From: Bradymonadia bacterium
GTDB taxonomy: Bacteria; Myxococcota_A; Bradymonadia; UBA7976; UBA1532
Direction of reading: 5' to 3'
Length of the DNA: 64,000 bases
Assembly (NCBI GenBank): GCA_046290225.1
Contig: JBKAGE010000035.1
Span: forward strand, 288,001-352,000
The translations under genes were made by a program, and so were the position numbers. The notes beneath the pieces were generated by a model. The model saw only the letters and a program-made list of their open reading frames with translations. It did not search any database and was not told the DNA's origin. Shown here piece after piece: positions 62,675 through 64,000 of the stretch (positions are counted from its first letter, which is position 1; every line of letters begins with the position of its first letter).

Positions 62675-63372
62675 TGAAGTGGCTCACCTTTTCAGCGGTG
62701 GTGACGATCTCGGCCGGGTGTGTCGATCGAGAGGCGCCGGAGTGCATCTCCCCTGATGACTGTCCGGTGCAGAGCCCGCTCTGCGTCGACGAAGTGTGCA
62801 CAACGGGCAAGCTGCCTGATCCTGATCAAGGCGTCAGCGGGGGTTCTGGCGGTGGCTTTGGCGGTGGCTTTGGCGGCAGCGGGGGCATGGGTGGCAGCCC
62901 AGGTGGTGGCTTCTTCGATCCATGTATGTCGGCGCTCGACTGTGCTGAAGGTCTGGTGTGCACCGAAGGGCGGTGCACTCAACCATTGCCCGGGCTCCCC
63001 GATGCAGCGCCAAGGCCCGAGCCAGAGGACATGGGCGTCGCTTCACCTGACGCAGCAGTGCGCTACGACTGCCCCGAGATCACCGAGGTGAGAGAAGACT
63101 TCCTCGCTCAGTGCTCTGTCGAGCCCGTCGCCGACATGTGCGGCTACATGCTCTCCGGGCTCCCTGGAGAGCGGGTGGGCCTCTACAACTGTGATGATGT
63201 GTGTACGATCCTCGGGGTGGCGTGTATCGCCGCGTGGCGGGTGTACGACGAAGATGTCTGCGAGCGTGCCCTCGAGGTCACGTGCCAGACCAACCACGAC
63301 GACTTCGAGGGCGGTGGCGGCCTCGAGCTGTTTGCGACCTTGTGTGAATGCACAGCCAGGGTGTTGCCATGA
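62674..63372 (+). CDS. Cys-rich lipoprotein with Gly-rich linker
   Basis: Lipobox ISAGC; C-x4-DC...C...C repeats; TGATG coupling. Confidence 0.8.
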   Translation: MKWLTFSAVVTISAGCVDREAPECISPDDCPVQSPLCVDEVCTTGKLPDPDQGVSGGSGGGFGGGFGGSGGMGGSPGGGFFDPCMSALDCAEGLVCTEGRCTQPLPGLPDAAPRPEPEDMGVASPDAAVRYDCPEITEVREDFLAQCSVEPVADMCGYMLSGLPGERVGLYNCDDVCTILGVACIAAWRVYDEDVCERALEVTCQTNHDDFEGGGGLELFATLCECTARVLP

Positions 63373-64000
63373 GCCTTCCCCGTATCGCAGTCATCGGCGC
63401 CGGTGCCTGGGGCCGAAACCTGATCCGCAACTTCAATGAGCTCGGAGCCCTGGCTCTGATATGCGACGCACACCCGGATGCGCGCAGCCGTATGGCCGAG
63501 CTCTACCCCGACGTGCCCATCGTCGACAGCCCCGAGGCGGTCTGGCGGGCCAAGGCAGAGGGGTTGATCGACGGTGTCGCGGTGGCAGCGCCGGCGGTGA
63601 CGCACGCACCGCTGTGCCGTGCAGCTCTAGAAGCAGATCTCGACGTCTTCGTGGAGAAGCCCCTGGCCTTGCGGGTCGACGCTGGTCAGAGCCTCGTCGA
63701 CCTCGCCCGCACTCGGGATCGTATTTTGATGGTGGGGCACTTGCTGCGCTATCACCCGGCGGTCACTGCTCTGGAGAAGCTGGTCCGCGGAGGCCAGCTG
63801 GGGCGGCTACGCCACGTGTCGTGCACCCGGCTCAACTTCGGCAAGATCCGAGACGAGGAGAACATCCTCTGGAGCTTTGCCCCCCACGACATCTCGCTCA
63901 TCTTGCACTTCGTGGGGGAGCAGCCTCGGCGCGTACAGGCCATGGGTGGGGCCTATCTGAACCCCAACCTGCCCGACGTCACCCTCACCCACCTCGAGTT
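63369..64000 (+). CDS. Gfo/Idh/MocA family oxidoreductase (nucleotide-sugar dehydrogenase-like), truncated at the window end
   Basis: Absent from the ORF track (no stop in window); reads MSLPRIAVIGAGAWGRNLIRNF...VFVEKPLA...LMVGHLLRYHP...WSFAPHD; ATGA overlap. Confidence 0.9.
   Translation, partial: MSLPRIAVIGAGAWGRNLIRNFNELGALALICDAHPDARSRMAELYPDVPIVDSPEAVWRAKAEGLIDGVAVAAPAVTHAPLCRAALEADLDVFVEKPLALRVDAGQSLVDLARTRDRILMVGHLLRYHPAVTALEKLVRGGQLGRLRHVSCTRLNFGKIRDEENILWSFAPHDISLILHFVGEQPRRVQAMGGAYLNPNLPDVTLTHLE

Overview
GC-rich bacterial chromosomal window. Gene content (six Hanks-type Ser/Thr kinases, TPR-PEGA proteins, Cys-rich DxDCDG-repeat lipoproteins, a TonB-fused TonB-dependent receptor) points to a Myxococcota-like deltaproteobacterium; this is inference only. 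It carries housekeeping genes (larB/larC, comEC, ppx, fur, fetAB-like, hemB, folK, two HU genes, tRNA-Gln-prs-rplY-pth-hppA-rpsF-rpsR-rplI, PBP1A) mixed with signalling and surface-protein modules. No CRISPR array, rRNA, prophage or transposase was seen. The most unusual signals are non-coding. (1) A ~127-nt minus-strand RNA candidate at 6237-6363 has its own sigma70-like promoter and terminator; its tRNA-Pro(UGG)-like cloverleaf has a broken acceptor stem and caps a long bulged 5'/3' helix ending in U4. (2) A ~280-bp extensively base-paired element with 19-bp terminal inverted repeats (MITE or structured leader) lies directly upstream of the PBP1A gene. Also notable are a lipoprotein with three copies of an unrecognised domain, an orphan lipoprotein plus zinc-ribbon gene pair, and a recurring kinase/TPR-PEGA/Cys-rich-protein module. 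Many CDS starts were re-assigned by eye relative to the ORF track.
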